A DNA stretch of 64,000 nt, taken from Nitrospinales bacterium (lineage in GTDB: Bacteria > Nitrospinota > Nitrospinia > Nitrospinales > VA-1). Positions 1-10,191 of the stretch are shown here, one piece after another. Positions within the stretch are counted from its first letter, which is position 1. The number at the start of each line of letters is the position of its first letter. Both the position numbers and the translations under genes were made by a program. A model generated the notes under the pieces. That model made no database searches. It was not told where the DNA came from and saw only the letters and a program-made list of their open reading frames with translations. The stretch covers positions 832,001-896,000 of the forward strand of contig CBDCWG010000012.1 of assembly GCA_965223345.1 (NCBI GenBank). Direction: 5' to 3'.

Positions 1-2
1 AC

Positions 3-767
3 GGGTTGTTCAAGTCCAAGGGCAACGTCAAGGTGGGGCGGCTTCCCATCGCCATCACCACGGCGGATTTCAATGAGGATGGACACGTGGACCTGGCGGT
101 CACGCTCAGGTTCGACAAAATGATCATCCTTCTCGGCGTCGGGGACGGCACGTTCAAACTCGCCGAAGCCTACAAGGCGTCGGGCACGCCGGCCAATCTG
201 ATTTCGGGCGATTACAACAAGGACGGCCACGCCGACATCGCCATCGCGTTCAACGCCGTTCAGGTGCAGTTCATCCGCGTGTTTTTCGGAAACGGCGACG
301 GCACGTTTCAAAACCCCAAGCGCATTCCCGGCGGGCATCAATCCTCTTTCATCACCCAGCACGATATGAACAAGGACGGGATTCTGGATCTCATCACGTC
401 TTCCACCATGAAGGACAGCGTGACGCTCTATCTGGGGGACGGCAAGGGCGGCTTCACCGCGACCGGGGATTTCGCAGGTGAAAAAGGACCGGAGCACATC
501 GTGCCGGGACAGTTCTCGGGCGACCAGATTCCGGATCTGGTGGTGTGCAACCGGCGGGACAACTCGATCTCGGTCCTCGAGGGCCGGGGAGACGGCACGT
601 TTGTGTTCCCGCATTTCAACTACCCTGTCGGGCGCAATCCGCGCGCGATCACCGGGGCGGATTTCAACCGCGACGGTTTGACCGATCTTGCGATCCTGCT
701 CTACGACTCGCAGCTGCTGGAGATTTTCACACGCAAAGTGGACACGCAGTTTCCGACGGAGTCGTGA
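3..767 (+). CDS. FG-GAP/VCBS repeat (beta-propeller) protein, 5'-truncated by window edge
   Basis: Repeated ADFNxDGxxDL / GxGDGTF motifs (DFNEDGHVDLA, DYNKDGHADIA, DMNKDGILDLI, DFNRDGLTDLA); frame is open from the window start. Confidence 0.85.
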   Translation, partial: GLFKSKGNVKVGRLPIAITTADFNEDGHVDLAVTLRFDKMIILLGVGDGTFKLAEAYKASGTPANLISGDYNKDGHADIAIAFNAVQVQFIRVFFGNGDGTFQNPKRIPGGHQSSFITQHDMNKDGILDLITSSTMKDSVTLYLGDGKGGFTATGDFAGEKGPEHIVPGQFSGDQIPDLVVCNRRDNSISVLEGRGDGTFVFPHFNYPVGRNPRAITGADFNRDGLTDLAILLYDSQLLEIFTRKVDTQFPTES

Positions 768-1057
768 GTTTTCTACGAGTTGTTTTCCTGAAAATTCCCG
801 GAATCGGGAAGCAGATCCGTTCCCGGAACGAAGTATTTTTCATCCAGCCAGGCGCCGAGATCGACCAGTCGGCAGCGTTCCGAACAAAAGGGAAAATACG
901 GATTCTCTTCCATCTCCATCTCAATGGGCTTTTTGCACGTCGGGCATTTCATGGGTCACCCCCGTTGAAATAGATTCGAGATTAAAATGTGAAACGCGGA
1001 TTGTGTTTCATCCTACCAAACATCCGTTGCGGCAATCAATCGTCAGTTGCTTTTCCG

Positions 1058-1086
1058 TTTACAATGATTTAACCCGTTTGTATAGT
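1058..1086 (+). promoter_or_regulatory. sigma70-type promoter for the exeA-like gene
   Basis: TTTACA-17 nt-TATAGT. Confidence 0.5.
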
Positions 1087-1100
1087 ATTCTGGAACATAC

Positions 1101-3230
1101 GTGAACCTTCTGGACGGTCCGATGACAAGCGGAGTGCAACAGCGGGATTATTACAAGGTTCTGGGGGTCGCACCCGACGCCACCCAGGACGAGATCGACC
1201 GTGCCTACCAGCGGCTGGTGGAACGGTTCGACGCGGCCCGCAACGCGGCCTCCCCCGAAACGCAGACCTCTCTCAAAGATAAGATCGGATTGCTGCAGGA
1301 AGCCTACGACACCCTTTCCAATGAGGAAAAACGGGGCGTGCACGACAGGAGCATTCACGAACGCAGGCAGGAGGTGCCCGTCTCGCTGAACCCGGTTGCC
1401 AGCCGGGCGGAGGCCCTGTTCGCAGACTGGAAGAACGGTCACAAGGACAAACAGCAGAACATCTATGAGGATTATTTCGGTTTCTCCGAAAAACCCTTCG
1501 ACCTGACTCCCGACCCCAAGTACCTGTATCTGAGCCCGAAACACAAGGAGGTGCTGGCGCACCTGGTTTACGGCCTGCAGGAAAACAACGGTTTTCTCAA
1601 GATCATCGGCGAGGTGGGAACCGGCAAGACCATGATCTGCCGCAGTTTCCTCAAGGAACTGCACGCCAATTTCAACATCGCCTACATCTTCAATCCGGGC
1701 ATCAACGAGTTGGAACTGTTGCAGACCATCAACTCCGAATTCGGCCTCCCCAGTGAAAGCACGAGCAAGAAAAAACTGATCGACACCCTCAACCGGTTTC
1801 TGCTCGATGAAAGAAAAAAAGGCCATCGCGTGGTGGTCATCATCGACGAGGCGCAGGATCTTTTGCCGGACGTGCTGGAGCAGCTGCGGCTGTTGTCCAA
1901 CCTGGAAACCGAGAAGGAAAAGCTGATCCAGATCGTTCTCATCGGGCAGCCGGAGCTGAACCGAACACTCGATCAGGAGGAACTGCGCCAGCTCAAGCAG
2001 CGGATCACCATCCAGTGGGAACTGTTGCCGTTGAACCTGGAAGAGACCCGCGGCTACCTGCAGCACCGGCTGAACGTGGCGATGGGAAAAGGCAAGGTGC
2101 AGTTCAGCCGGCCGGCGGTGCACCGGATTTACCGCTATGCCGAGGGCATTCCGAGGATGATCAACGTGATCGCGGACCGCTGCCTGTTGATCGCCTACAC
2201 GCTCAACACGAAGAAGATCAGTTCGAAGATCATCCGTGCGGCGGTGCGGGACATCGGCGGGCTCAAACCCGCTCCCACAGTGTGGGGGACGGCCTTCAAG
2301 TTCGTCCTGCCCGCGGCGTTGTTCGCCGGGCTGTTGTTTTTTATCATCAGCGATTTCGCGCTGCCGGACCTGCAGCGCGATGCGAAAGAGGGGCGGGATC
2401 TCGCCTCCCTCGTGCGCGACAACGCGGTGGCGCCGGATCGATCGAGTTCGACAACGGCCGGATCCGCCAGGGCGTCCAACAAGACGGGCGAGCCGGCCGC
2501 GTCCGCAACCGCTATGGCCCGTTTGGGACCGGACCCCGACCGCAACGCGCCCCCGGCGCGGGGAAGCGACCTGGAGCCGGGGACGCTCGCCATCACCGAT
2601 CCGGACAAGCTGGTGACTTATCTTTCCACCCTGTCGCTCGATGAAAGCCGCATCGAGGCGGTGCAATGGCTTCTCGATGCGTGGGGACTGTCGGATACGG
2701 GATGGCCGGCGGGAGCGCCGGGGACGTTCGAGTCCCTGCACGAGGAATTCGGTCTGTCGGCCTACGAGGTGAACGGCAATTTCAAACGGCTCACCACACT
2801 CAATTATCCCGCTGTTCTGGAGGTTGCGCTTCCCAATTCGCTGGGGACCAAGTACCTGGCTCTGATGCGCTCCGAGACCGGGCTGGGGACCTTCGGGTCG
2901 GTGGACAAGATCGAAATGCCGCTCGAAGTCATCAACCCGCTGTGGACGCGGCGGGCGGTGGTCCTTTGGAAGGATTTCGAGAACCTGCCGGATCCGCTGG
3001 AAAAAGGATTCAACGGCGCCGAGGCGATCTGGCTGCAGAAGAATCTGCGGTTGCTGGGATTGTTCAAGGGACGGGAAGCACCGTATTTCGGCGAGCAGAC
3101 GGTGCAGGCGGTGCTCAAGTTTCAACGCAAACACAACATCCGCGACGACGGGCGCTTCCGCACCGACAGCAAAATGCTCCTGTACAATATCCTGAAGATC
3201 TATCCCACGCCGAAACTGGTCGGTCCCTGA
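1101..3230 (+). CDS. ExeA/GspA-type AAA+ ATPase with N-terminal degenerate J domain, TM helix and C-terminal peptidoglycan-binding domain (start may be ATG 1122)
   Basis: YFGFSEKPFDLTPDP, Walker A GEVGTGKT, Walker B IIDEAQ, LIGQPEL, GIPRMIN; C-terminal FGEQTVQAVLKFQRKHNI..DG; N-terminal DYYKVLGV..A..DEI..AY. Confidence 0.85.
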   Translation: MNLLDGPMTSGVQQRDYYKVLGVAPDATQDEIDRAYQRLVERFDAARNAASPETQTSLKDKIGLLQEAYDTLSNEEKRGVHDRSIHERRQEVPVSLNPVASRAEALFADWKNGHKDKQQNIYEDYFGFSEKPFDLTPDPKYLYLSPKHKEVLAHLVYGLQENNGFLKIIGEVGTGKTMICRSFLKELHANFNIAYIFNPGINELELLQTINSEFGLPSESTSKKKLIDTLNRFLLDERKKGHRVVVIIDEAQDLLPDVLEQLRLLSNLETEKEKLIQIVLIGQPELNRTLDQEELRQLKQRITIQWELLPLNLEETRGYLQHRLNVAMGKGKVQFSRPAVHRIYRYAEGIPRMINVIADRCLLIAYTLNTKKISSKIIRAAVRDIGGLKPAPTVWGTAFKFVLPAALFAGLLFFIISDFALPDLQRDAKEGRDLASLVRDNAVAPDRSSSTTAGSARASNKTGEPAASATAMARLGPDPDRNAPPARGSDLEPGTLAITDPDKLVTYLSTLSLDESRIEAVQWLLDAWGLSDTGWPAGAPGTFESLHEEFGLSAYEVNGNFKRLTTLNYPAVLEVALPNSLGTKYLALMRSETGLGTFGSVDKIEMPLEVINPLWTRRAVVLWKDFENLPDPLEKGFNGAEAIWLQKNLRLLGLFKGREAPYFGEQTVQAVLKFQRKHNIRDDGRFRTDSKMLLYNILKIYPTPKLVGP

Positions 3231-3324
3231 GCGCAGCACACAAAACCACGGATGGGTTGCTTTGCATCCATCCACGTACTCCCTGATTTTTTAAATCCAG
3301 TCCACGACTCGCACCGGTGCCGTC

Positions 3325-4098
3325 ATGAGCACGATACTCAAAACGCTGAAAAAGCTGGAAGAAGAAAAAAGCGTTCTTGAAAAGAACAACGACCTCAAGG
3401 GGCTGGTCCTGCAGGGAGAGACCGGCGGCGGGGCGTCGGAAGAAAGCGGCGCGCGCAGCCGGCGGACCCTGTGGGGCGGGTTGCTGCTCGGCGGTTTTGT
3501 GCTGGGAGTCGCAACGTATTTTCTCATCGACCGGTTCGCTCAGGAGCCGCCGCCGGTGCCGACTTCCCGGCCGGTGTCCACTCCCGTCCCGGAAACACAG
3601 CCTCCGGTGAAGACGGCCTTCGACCATCCGACGGGAATCCCGCTTTCCCATATCCGCGACACCTCGCCCTATGCGGACGATCCGGTCTTTCCGGAGACGG
3701 AATGGATCGAGCCGGAAGCCCCGCCCTTGTTGGAAACGGCCGCGCCGAAACCGATCGATCCCCCGATCGCCGCTCCCCGTTCGGTGGACGGAGCGGTTGA
3801 AAAGATCGATTCGCTGATCAAATCTGTGACGACCCAGGCCTACCTGTTGCGCGAAGATCCCGCGGAGCCGGAGCCGCTGCGCTCAGAAACCCACATTCCG
3901 GGACTGCGGGTGAAGGGGATCGTGTACTTCGCCGACAACCACCCCGCCAACCACATCTACATCGCGACGCCCAGCGAAAGCAATGTCAAGCTCAAGGTCG
4001 ATGAGACCGAGCAGAGGGCCATCCTCAAAGCGATTCTGCCCAACAAGGCGGTGTTCGTGTACCAGGGGAAACGCGTGGAACTCGCCATGGGCGAGTGA
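3325..4098 (+). CDS. ExeB/GspB-like bitopic membrane protein
   Basis: N-terminal MSTILKTLKKLE typical of GspB, one TM helix, Pro-rich linker, small C-terminal beta domain; directly follows the exeA-like gene. Confidence 0.65.
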   Translation: MSTILKTLKKLEEEKSVLEKNNDLKGLVLQGETGGGASEESGARSRRTLWGGLLLGGFVLGVATYFLIDRFAQEPPPVPTSRPVSTPVPETQPPVKTAFDHPTGIPLSHIRDTSPYADDPVFPETEWIEPEAPPLLETAAPKPIDPPIAAPRSVDGAVEKIDSLIKSVTTQAYLLREDPAEPEPLRSETHIPGLRVKGIVYFADNHPANHIYIATPSESNVKLKVDETEQRAILKAILPNKAVFVYQGKRVELAMGE

Positions 4099-4203
4099 GC
4101 GCCTGCAAGCTCCGCGTTGCCAATCGGTAGTGCTGGTGTGGGATTCATGGAATGCTCCATTATTAATGTATATACACTTTTATGGGAAAATAATTGCACC
4201 GCT

Positions 4204-4662
4204 TCACGATTCCAGAGCGGTCACCGTGGTTTTCAGGTTTTTCAGCAATTCGCTCCACCGGCCTTTTGTGAGGCGCCGGATCACGCGGTTTTGCGCTTCC
4301 TCCCAGTGGGGCAGGGCCTTGAGGAAGGCTTTTTTCCCCTTCATCGTGACGCTCAAGGTCCGGGTGCGCCGGTCCTCGCCGGGCACGATGCGAACCAGAT
4401 TCTGCGCTTCCAGGGGTTTGAGGTTGCGCGTCAGGGTGGTGCGGTCCATGACCAGTTCTTTGGAAAGCTGCCCCACGGTGGCGGAGCCGATCAGCGATAG
4501 AACCGCAAGCAGGCTGAACTGGGTGGCGCGCAATCCCGAAGGTTGCAGGGTTTCATCGAAAATCTGGGTCACGGCGCGCGACGCTTTCCTCAGGTTGAAG
4601 CAGGTGCAGTCGTTGAGGGAGCCGGTGATTTTTTTCGACGCGGTTTTTTTACGACGCTTCAT
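4204..4662 (-). CDS. MarR-family transcriptional regulator (CxC subtype)
   Basis: CTCFNLRKASRAVTQ..D..L...GL..TQFSLL, MDRTTLTRNLKPL, EDRR. Confidence 0.9.
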   Translation of the reverse strand: MKRRKKTASKKITGSLNDCTCFNLRKASRAVTQIFDETLQPSGLRATQFSLLAVLSLIGSATVGQLSKELVMDRTTLTRNLKPLEAQNLVRIVPGEDRRTRTLSVTMKGKKAFLKALPHWEEAQNRVIRRLTKGRWSELLKNLKTTVTALES

Positions 4663-4668
4663 ATTGAG

Positions 4669-4697
4669 AGTATATGCACCTATCTGGCCGCTGTCAA
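4669..4697 (-). promoter_or_regulatory. sigma70 promoter of marR, leaderless geometry, overlapping a putative operator
   Basis: Minus strand TTGACA-17 nt-TATACT-6 nt-ATG; near-palindrome GTATATGCAC at 4670-4679. Confidence 0.7.
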
Positions 4698-4753
4698 ATC
4701 CTTTTCAGAAGCTCGTGTGTTTGGCTGCCTGGATTCCGGGAGAGGAACCGGAG

Positions 4754-5218
4754 TCAGGGTTTGATATACAGGTAGCCCTGCTCCTGCAAATCGGCGATGC
4801 GCTTGACCGCAACCGGATGCTCGGTGGGTTTGAAGCCGGACGCCAGGGAGGTGAGCGGTTTGTTGAAGAGCTTCATAGAGACCTGGCACATTTCCGGTTC
4901 CACGCCCTTGTCCACGATGACCGTGAGCCCCTTGAGCAGCGCCGGGTCCACGTCTTTTTTATCGAACAGTTTCAAAGCCGGGCCGTGAACCACCACCTTG
5001 ATGTCGATCTTGTCGGGACCGCCTTCGGCTTCCATGTGCTTGTTGATCAGCGCCATCGCGTATTTCGCCACGGCGACGTCGGCTCCGTCGATGTGGTACA
5101 GGACTTTGAGCTTGCCGTCTGCGGTCCGGTGCGGGCCGGCGGCCTGGCTGGTGGACGTTGCGAGCAACGTAACGATGAGTGTGATGAAAATCCAGATCCG
5201 GTAATGGTTCGGCTGCAT
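4754..5218 (-). CDS. Exported DsrE/DsrF-like protein
   Basis: AGGAGG RBS before ATG 5218, signal peptide, KVLYHID, IKVVVHGPALKLF, conserved Cys (EMCQVSM), IADLQEQGYLYIKP. Confidence 0.8.
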   Translation of the reverse strand: MQPNHYRIWIFITLIVTLLATSTSQAAGPHRTADGKLKVLYHIDGADVAVAKYAMALINKHMEAEGGPDKIDIKVVVHGPALKLFDKKDVDPALLKGLTVIVDKGVEPEMCQVSMKLFNKPLTSLASGFKPTEHPVAVKRIADLQEQGYLYIKP

Positions 5219-5285
5219 GATTTCCTCCTGAGAAGATGCGATCCCTTTGGGGGTGAGTCGGCAATGCCTGTGCACGGTTGACGCT

Positions 5286-5675
5286 TTATTTCCGCCGGTC
5301 GGCTTGCGGTTTTTCGATGCGCAGCAGTTCGTTGAAACGGATGCGGGTTCCCGGATATCCCTGCTGCAAGAGAATGTCGATGACCTGTTTGATGGCCTTC
5401 ACGTGCCGTTTTCTCGATGCTTCACCGTCGAAATGCGGGTCTTCCTCCTCGATGGAGATCACTCCCGGTGCGACGTAATTGAGATAAAACGCTCCCAGCG
5501 GCCGGTCGTCCTGAACCGGGCCGTCGCTGGCGCCGCTGTTGACCACCACCATCGTGAGGTCTCCACCACCGGGGTACACTTCGAAAAGCCCTCCCTGGCG
5601 GACGGTGTTTTCCCGGCAATAATCCAGGATTCGCAGGACATCCTCATAGGGAACCGCTTTGTAAACCGCGTGCAT
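5286..5675 (-). CDS. hypothetical protein (129 aa)
   Basis: Protein-like composition; fills the gap between neighbours; no recognised motif. Confidence 0.6.
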   Translation of the reverse strand: MHAVYKAVPYEDVLRILDYCRENTVRQGGLFEVYPGGGDLTMVVVNSGASDGPVQDDRPLGAFYLNYVAPGVISIEEEDPHFDGEASRKRHVKAIKQVIDILLQQGYPGTRIRFNELLRIEKPQADRRK

Positions 5676-5857
5676 GCCTGATTCCGTTTGGGTTGCGATG
5701 GTTTCAGTCTATCAGAATCCGGGCTCCACCTGTGATATTTTGAGAGGGTTCCCTGGGAGGGGGGATTGGGTTTTCGGCAAGGCGGGAGAAAAGAAGCGGT
5801 TTTTTAGCGCGAAAACTCAGTGACGCGATTCACAGACACCGGTCGGGAAGGGAGACT

Positions 5858-6445
5858 ATGCCAGACACCATCGAAAGCCTCATGGAAAAAATTCAGGATC
5901 TTGAAAAAAGTCTTCTGGTCGAAATCCAGAAAAAGGAAAAGGAGTTTTACTACGAGATCATCCGCAAGAAAGTCCGGTTCACACGCGAAGTCCGCGCGCA
6001 GCACAAGCTGCTGGTGGAAAAGTTCTACAAGTATCTCTACAACGCATCGATCCTGAACATCCTCACCGCCCCGGTGATCTGGTTTTGCCTCATTCCGACG
6101 GTGTTTCTGGACCTTGTGGTCACGCTCTATCAGACCGTCTGCTTTCCCGTGTACCGCATTCCCAAAGTCCGGCGCAGCGATTACGTGATCATCGACCGGA
6201 ACTATCTGAGCTACCTCAATTTCATCGAAAAAATGAACTGCATGTACTGCGGCTACTTCAACGGCGTGGTGGCGTATTTCCAGGAGGTGGGCGCCCGCAC
6301 CGAACAGCACTGGTGCCCGATCAAGCACGCGCGAAAACTCAAGGTGGTGCACAGCCGCTATAAAAACTTCCTCGATTACGGGGACGGCGTCGGCTACCGG
6401 AAAAAGTTCGGCCAGCTCCGTAAAGAATTCGACGACCTGCGATGA
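5858..6445 (+). CDS. hypothetical membrane protein with CxxC and WCPIKH motifs
   Basis: GGAG RBS, N-terminal coiled coil, one TM segment, NCMYCGYFNG, WCPIKHA. Confidence 0.75.
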   Translation: MPDTIESLMEKIQDLEKSLLVEIQKKEKEFYYEIIRKKVRFTREVRAQHKLLVEKFYKYLYNASILNILTAPVIWFCLIPTVFLDLVVTLYQTVCFPVYRIPKVRRSDYVIIDRNYLSYLNFIEKMNCMYCGYFNGVVAYFQEVGARTEQHWCPIKHARKLKVVHSRYKNFLDYGDGVGYRKKFGQLRKEFDDLR

Positions 6446-6583
6446 CCCCGCATGGGCGCCCGGCGATTGAGGTTGACTTTGCGCGGGTTCCTCTGCTAAA
6501 CAGCAGGCATCCATTGCCAACGATCGGCCTTTTGTCCTTCACGCACGACAGGATGCGGCGGACGCCGGTATTCAGATGAAACC

Positions 6584-7453
6584 ATGAATTTTCAGAACAT
6601 CATTCTCAAATTGCAGGACTACTGGGCCTCCAAAGGCTGCGCCATCCATCAGCCCTACGACATCGAAGTGGGAGCGGGGACCTTCAACCCGAGCACGTTT
6701 TTCCGGGTGCTGGGGCCGGAGCCCTACCGGGCCGCGTATGTGGAGCCCTCGCGCCGGCCCACCGACGGCCGGTACGGCGAAAACCCCAATCGGCTGCAAC
6801 ACTATTACCAGTATCAGGTCATCATCAAACCTTCGCTGGAAGACATTCAGGATCTCTACCTGAACAGCCTGGCCGTTCTGGGGATCGATCCGCTGGCGCA
6901 CGACATCCGATTTGTGGAGGACGACTGGGAATCCCCGACGCTCGGCGCCTGGGGATTGGGCTGGGAGGTCTGGCTCGACGGCATGGAGATCACGCAGTTC
7001 ACTTATTTCCAGCAGGTGGGCGGTCTCGATCTTTCTCCGGTCTCGGTGGAGTTGACGTACGGCCTGGAGCGGATCGCCATGTACCTGCAGAACGTCGATA
7101 ACGTGTACGATCTGAAATGGAACGATTCCATCCTGTACGGGGATGTTCATTTGGAAACGGAGAAGCAGTTTTCCCGCTATAACTTTGAAGAGTCGAACAA
7201 GAAACGCCTGTTCCAATGGTTCGACATGTACGAGCAGGAGGCGAAGGATCTGCTGGAAAAGGATCTGGTGCTGCCGGGATACGATTACACGCTGAAGTGC
7301 TCGCACGCGTTCAACCAGCTCGACGCCCGCGGCGCGATCAGCGTGACGGAGCGGACCGGATTCATCGGGCGGGTGCGCAAACTGGCGCGGTTGTGCGCCG
7401 AGGGGTACGTGTGTCAGCGGGAGGCGATGGAATTCCCGCTTTCAACCGGCTGA
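6584..7453 (+). CDS. glyQ: glycine--tRNA ligase alpha subunit
   Basis: [58 protein letters not shown]. Confidence 0.98.
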   Translation: MNFQNIILKLQDYWASKGCAIHQPYDIEVGAGTFNPSTFFRVLGPEPYRAAYVEPSRRPTDGRYGENPNRLQHYYQYQVIIKPSLEDIQDLYLNSLAVLGIDPLAHDIRFVEDDWESPTLGAWGLGWEVWLDGMEITQFTYFQQVGGLDLSPVSVELTYGLERIAMYLQNVDNVYDLKWNDSILYGDVHLETEKQFSRYNFEESNKKRLFQWFDMYEQEAKDLLEKDLVLPGYDYTLKCSHAFNQLDARGAISVTERTGFIGRVRKLARLCAEGYVCQREAMEFPLSTG

Positions 7454-9898
7454 AGAGTCTTTGGTTTCTTCCGCCGCAGGCGGGGCCGGCGTTTCCTGAG
7501 GCGGCGCGCTCGGCGGGGCTTTCTCGGGCTGGGGATGGGCCCAGCGCTTGAGGGCTTCCTCGACCTGGGTGCGTTGGGGATGGTTGACTTCCTTTAACAG
7601 CGTCAATGCTTTTTTGCCGCATTGCTCCGCCTTGTCCGTCTTTTCCGATTTTTCCAGCGCCTGGCTCAGGCTCCAAAGGGTTTCCCCTTCTTTTCTGCGG
7701 TTGCCGAGGTTTTGAAACAGGTTCGCGGCCTGTTCGAAACACTCGACCGCCTCACCGAGTTTTTCCCACACCAGATTGGCTTCGCCCATCTGCACTTTCA
7801 GCTGCGCTTCCGAGGCGGGTTCTCCTTTTTCAGCCGCCAAAGCGAGGCCGGACTCGTAAAAAGAGATCGCTTTCTGTGGCTTGCCGGTCTTCATCTGTGC
7901 GTCGCCCAGGTGCTGGTACAGGCGGATCTCCCCGGATTTGTCGCCGATCTTGCGGACCAGCTTGAGGGCTTCCTGAAACGATTCGATGGCGCTGTCGTGG
8001 TCTTTCAGGATGGTGTGCAGTTCCCCCAGATCGCCGAGCACACGTCCCTGGCGGCGGGGGTCTTCGGATTCGCGCGCCAGGGACAACTCTTCGTGGTAGT
8101 ACTCCAGCGCTTTCAGGTTTTCTCCGACCTGGTGGTAAATCTGCCCCAGCCTTTGCAGCACGTTTTCCTGGTTTTTCTTGTCGTCCGATTCCTGGATCAG
8201 GGACAGCTCCTTCTCCAGCAGTTCGATGGCCTGGTGCGGTTTGCCCAGCGCCTGATAGGTCAGTCCCAGATGCCCGAGGGCTTCCCGTTCGCCCATCGTG
8301 TCCTCGGCTTCCCGGTATCGCGTCATCGCTTCTTCGAGCGATTCCAGAGCGCGCTGGTGCTGGGTGAGTTTGTTGTATTGCCGGCCGATCTCCAGCAGAT
8401 ACCGGGTTTCCGCTTCGCCGTCCCCCTGCCGTTTGGCCGATTCCAGCGCGGCTTCGAACCAGCGGATGCACAGCGTGGGCGGATGCCGCACGACCAGAAT
8501 CGGCAGTCCCGCTTCGGTGAACGAGAGGCAGAGTTTGTCCGCCTCCGAGTCTTTCTGGCTGAATTCCTCCGCCCAGGCCTGCCCGGCCTGAATGTTTTCC
8601 CATTCCATGTCGAACAGCCGGAGACCGCGGATGCGTTCCTTGCCGCCCGTGTCGAACAGGTCCCTCGCGGTCAGGAGCAGGGTCAAATAGTACGTGGCCA
8701 GCCGTTTGCGCGCCAGGATCATGGCCGATTTGTTCACACGCGGCAGCAGGAATTTTCGTACCTGATCGTGCAGGAAATAGCGATTGGTTTCCTTGTCGGT
8801 CATGATGAGACCGTTCAGCAGCAGGTAGCCCAGTTGCTCGTTGTTTTTATCCTCGCAGACGAATGCCTCGGCTTTGGAATCGAAGCGGTCGAGAAACAGC
8901 GTGATCTTCTGCAACACGGCGGCGGTCGGTTCGTCGAGTTTCTGGTAGCTGATTTTGATGACCGCGTCGATGGGGGATTTCGTCTTTTTAGCGGGAGCGT
9001 CTTTGGGGCCTTTGATTTCGCGGCGCAGGCTTTCGAGGTAGGCCTCGGTGTCCGAATGCGGATGGGCCGAGATGTACCGCGCCGCGAGGATGAGGCCCAG
9101 AGGCTGGTTTTCGCACAGTTTGGCGATTTCACCGCCCCAGTAGCCGATCCGCACGGAAATCCCCTGAATGAGGAGGTTGGAATCGTCGGGACTGAGAGGC
9201 CCGGGTTTGCGGGATTCGACGCCGGATAGCTGCAAAGCTTCGTTGCTTGTAAAAATAAGTCCGCAATGCTTCGGCGGGACCAGCTTCTTCACAGCGTCGG
9301 TGTTGGGTACGTTGTCCAGCAACAGCGCGATCTTTTTGTTTTTGAGCACGATTTTGTAAAGCCGCACCAGTTCCTGATCGTTCACCGGCAGGATCTCGGT
9401 GGGCCGGTACAGATGAATGAGGCGGGCCATCACGTCGCGGGGAGCAAGCGGATTCGCGGTCGTCCCGCGCATGTCGAAATACAGCTGATCGTCGCGGAAC
9501 TTGGTGAACAGGGTGCGAACGAAAGCCAGAGCCAACGCGGTTTTCCCGCTGCCGGCCGGACCGCAGAGACCGACCCGCAGTGGTGCGCTTTTGACCAGGG
9601 TGTTCAATTCCCGCAGAATATTTTTTCTGCCGATGAAGTCTTCCTGGAAGACCGGGAGCTTGTGCAAATCTTCCACTTGAAGACGATCGCCCACCGCTTT
9701 TTTCATGGCGCGCTCGAGTTCTTTTTTTCCCTGCGCGCTGGCTTCCGATTCGATGGTGGAGAACGAACTCTCTTCATTCGAACCGGAAGATTCCGCATCC
9801 TGGTTTCCCTTGCTTTCACCGGAACCGGAAGACAAAACGAATTTGGCGGCCACCGCGATCGCGATGGCAAACAATAAGATCAGTGCGATTGTTGTCAC
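7442..9898 (-). CDS. Membrane-anchored NB-ARC (STAND-like) NTPase with C-terminal TPR array
   Basis: N-terminal TM helix, FIGR, Walker [12 protein letters not shown], Walker [16 protein letters not shown] (GLPLAL-like), LHDQVR (MHD-like), about 8 TPRs. Confidence 0.85.
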   Translation of the reverse strand: MTTIALILLFAIAIAVAAKFVLSSGSGESKGNQDAESSGSNEESSFSTIESEASAQGKKELERAMKKAVGDRLQVEDLHKLPVFQEDFIGRKNILRELNTLVKSAPLRVGLCGPAGSGKTALALAFVRTLFTKFRDDQLYFDMRGTTANPLAPRDVMARLIHLYRPTEILPVNDQELVRLYKIVLKNKKIALLLDNVPNTDAVKKLVPPKHCGLIFTSNEALQLSGVESRKPGPLSPDDSNLLIQGISVRIGYWGGEIAKLCENQPLGLILAARYISAHPHSDTEAYLESLRREIKGPKDAPAKKTKSPIDAVIKISYQKLDEPTAAVLQKITLFLDRFDSKAEAFVCEDKNNEQLGYLLLNGLIMTDKETNRYFLHDQVRKFLLPRVNKSAMILARKRLATYYLTLLLTARDLFDTGGKERIRGLRLFDMEWENIQAGQAWAEEFSQKDSEADKLCLSFTEAGLPILVVRHPPTLCIRWFEAALESAKRQGDGEAETRYLLEIGRQYNKLTQHQRALESLEEAMTRYREAEDTMGEREALGHLGLTYQALGKPHQAIELLEKELSLIQESDDKKNQENVLQRLGQIYHQVGENLKALEYYHEELSLARESEDPRRQGRVLGDLGELHTILKDHDSAIESFQEALKLVRKIGDKSGEIRLYQHLGDAQMKTGKPQKAISFYESGLALAAEKGEPASEAQLKVQMGEANLVWEKLGEAVECFEQAANLFQNLGNRRKEGETLWSLSQALEKSEKTDKAEQCGKKALTLLKEVNHPQRTQVEEALKRWAHPQPEKAPPSAPPQETPAPPAAEETKDSSAG

Positions 9899-10191
9899 GA
9901 CGGTGTGATCCCCGAGATCAATGCTTTGGGAAAGGTGGACTCAAACAAAGCCCAGATGATGGCGGCTCGACTGCGGTCGCCCGGTAGCGGACGCAAATAT
10001 CATTATACCTTAGAAATCGTCTGTTAAATACGGAAGCGGGAAAATACCCTGCCGCGGGGCCGGTTGACTTTGCAGGGTGGGTTTGTTATATCCCCCTTTC
10101 TATAAGAGCTTATCTTTCCGGTTCCTCTTTGCTGACCCGGTCCCCAACCTTTTCAGCCCTCCGTCCGATCGTCCGGAGGCGGTGATGTCTC

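Noticed and set aside
6446..6583. T-box or glycine riboswitch before glyQ
   Set aside because: Leader too short and lacks T-box or glycine-aptamer consensus
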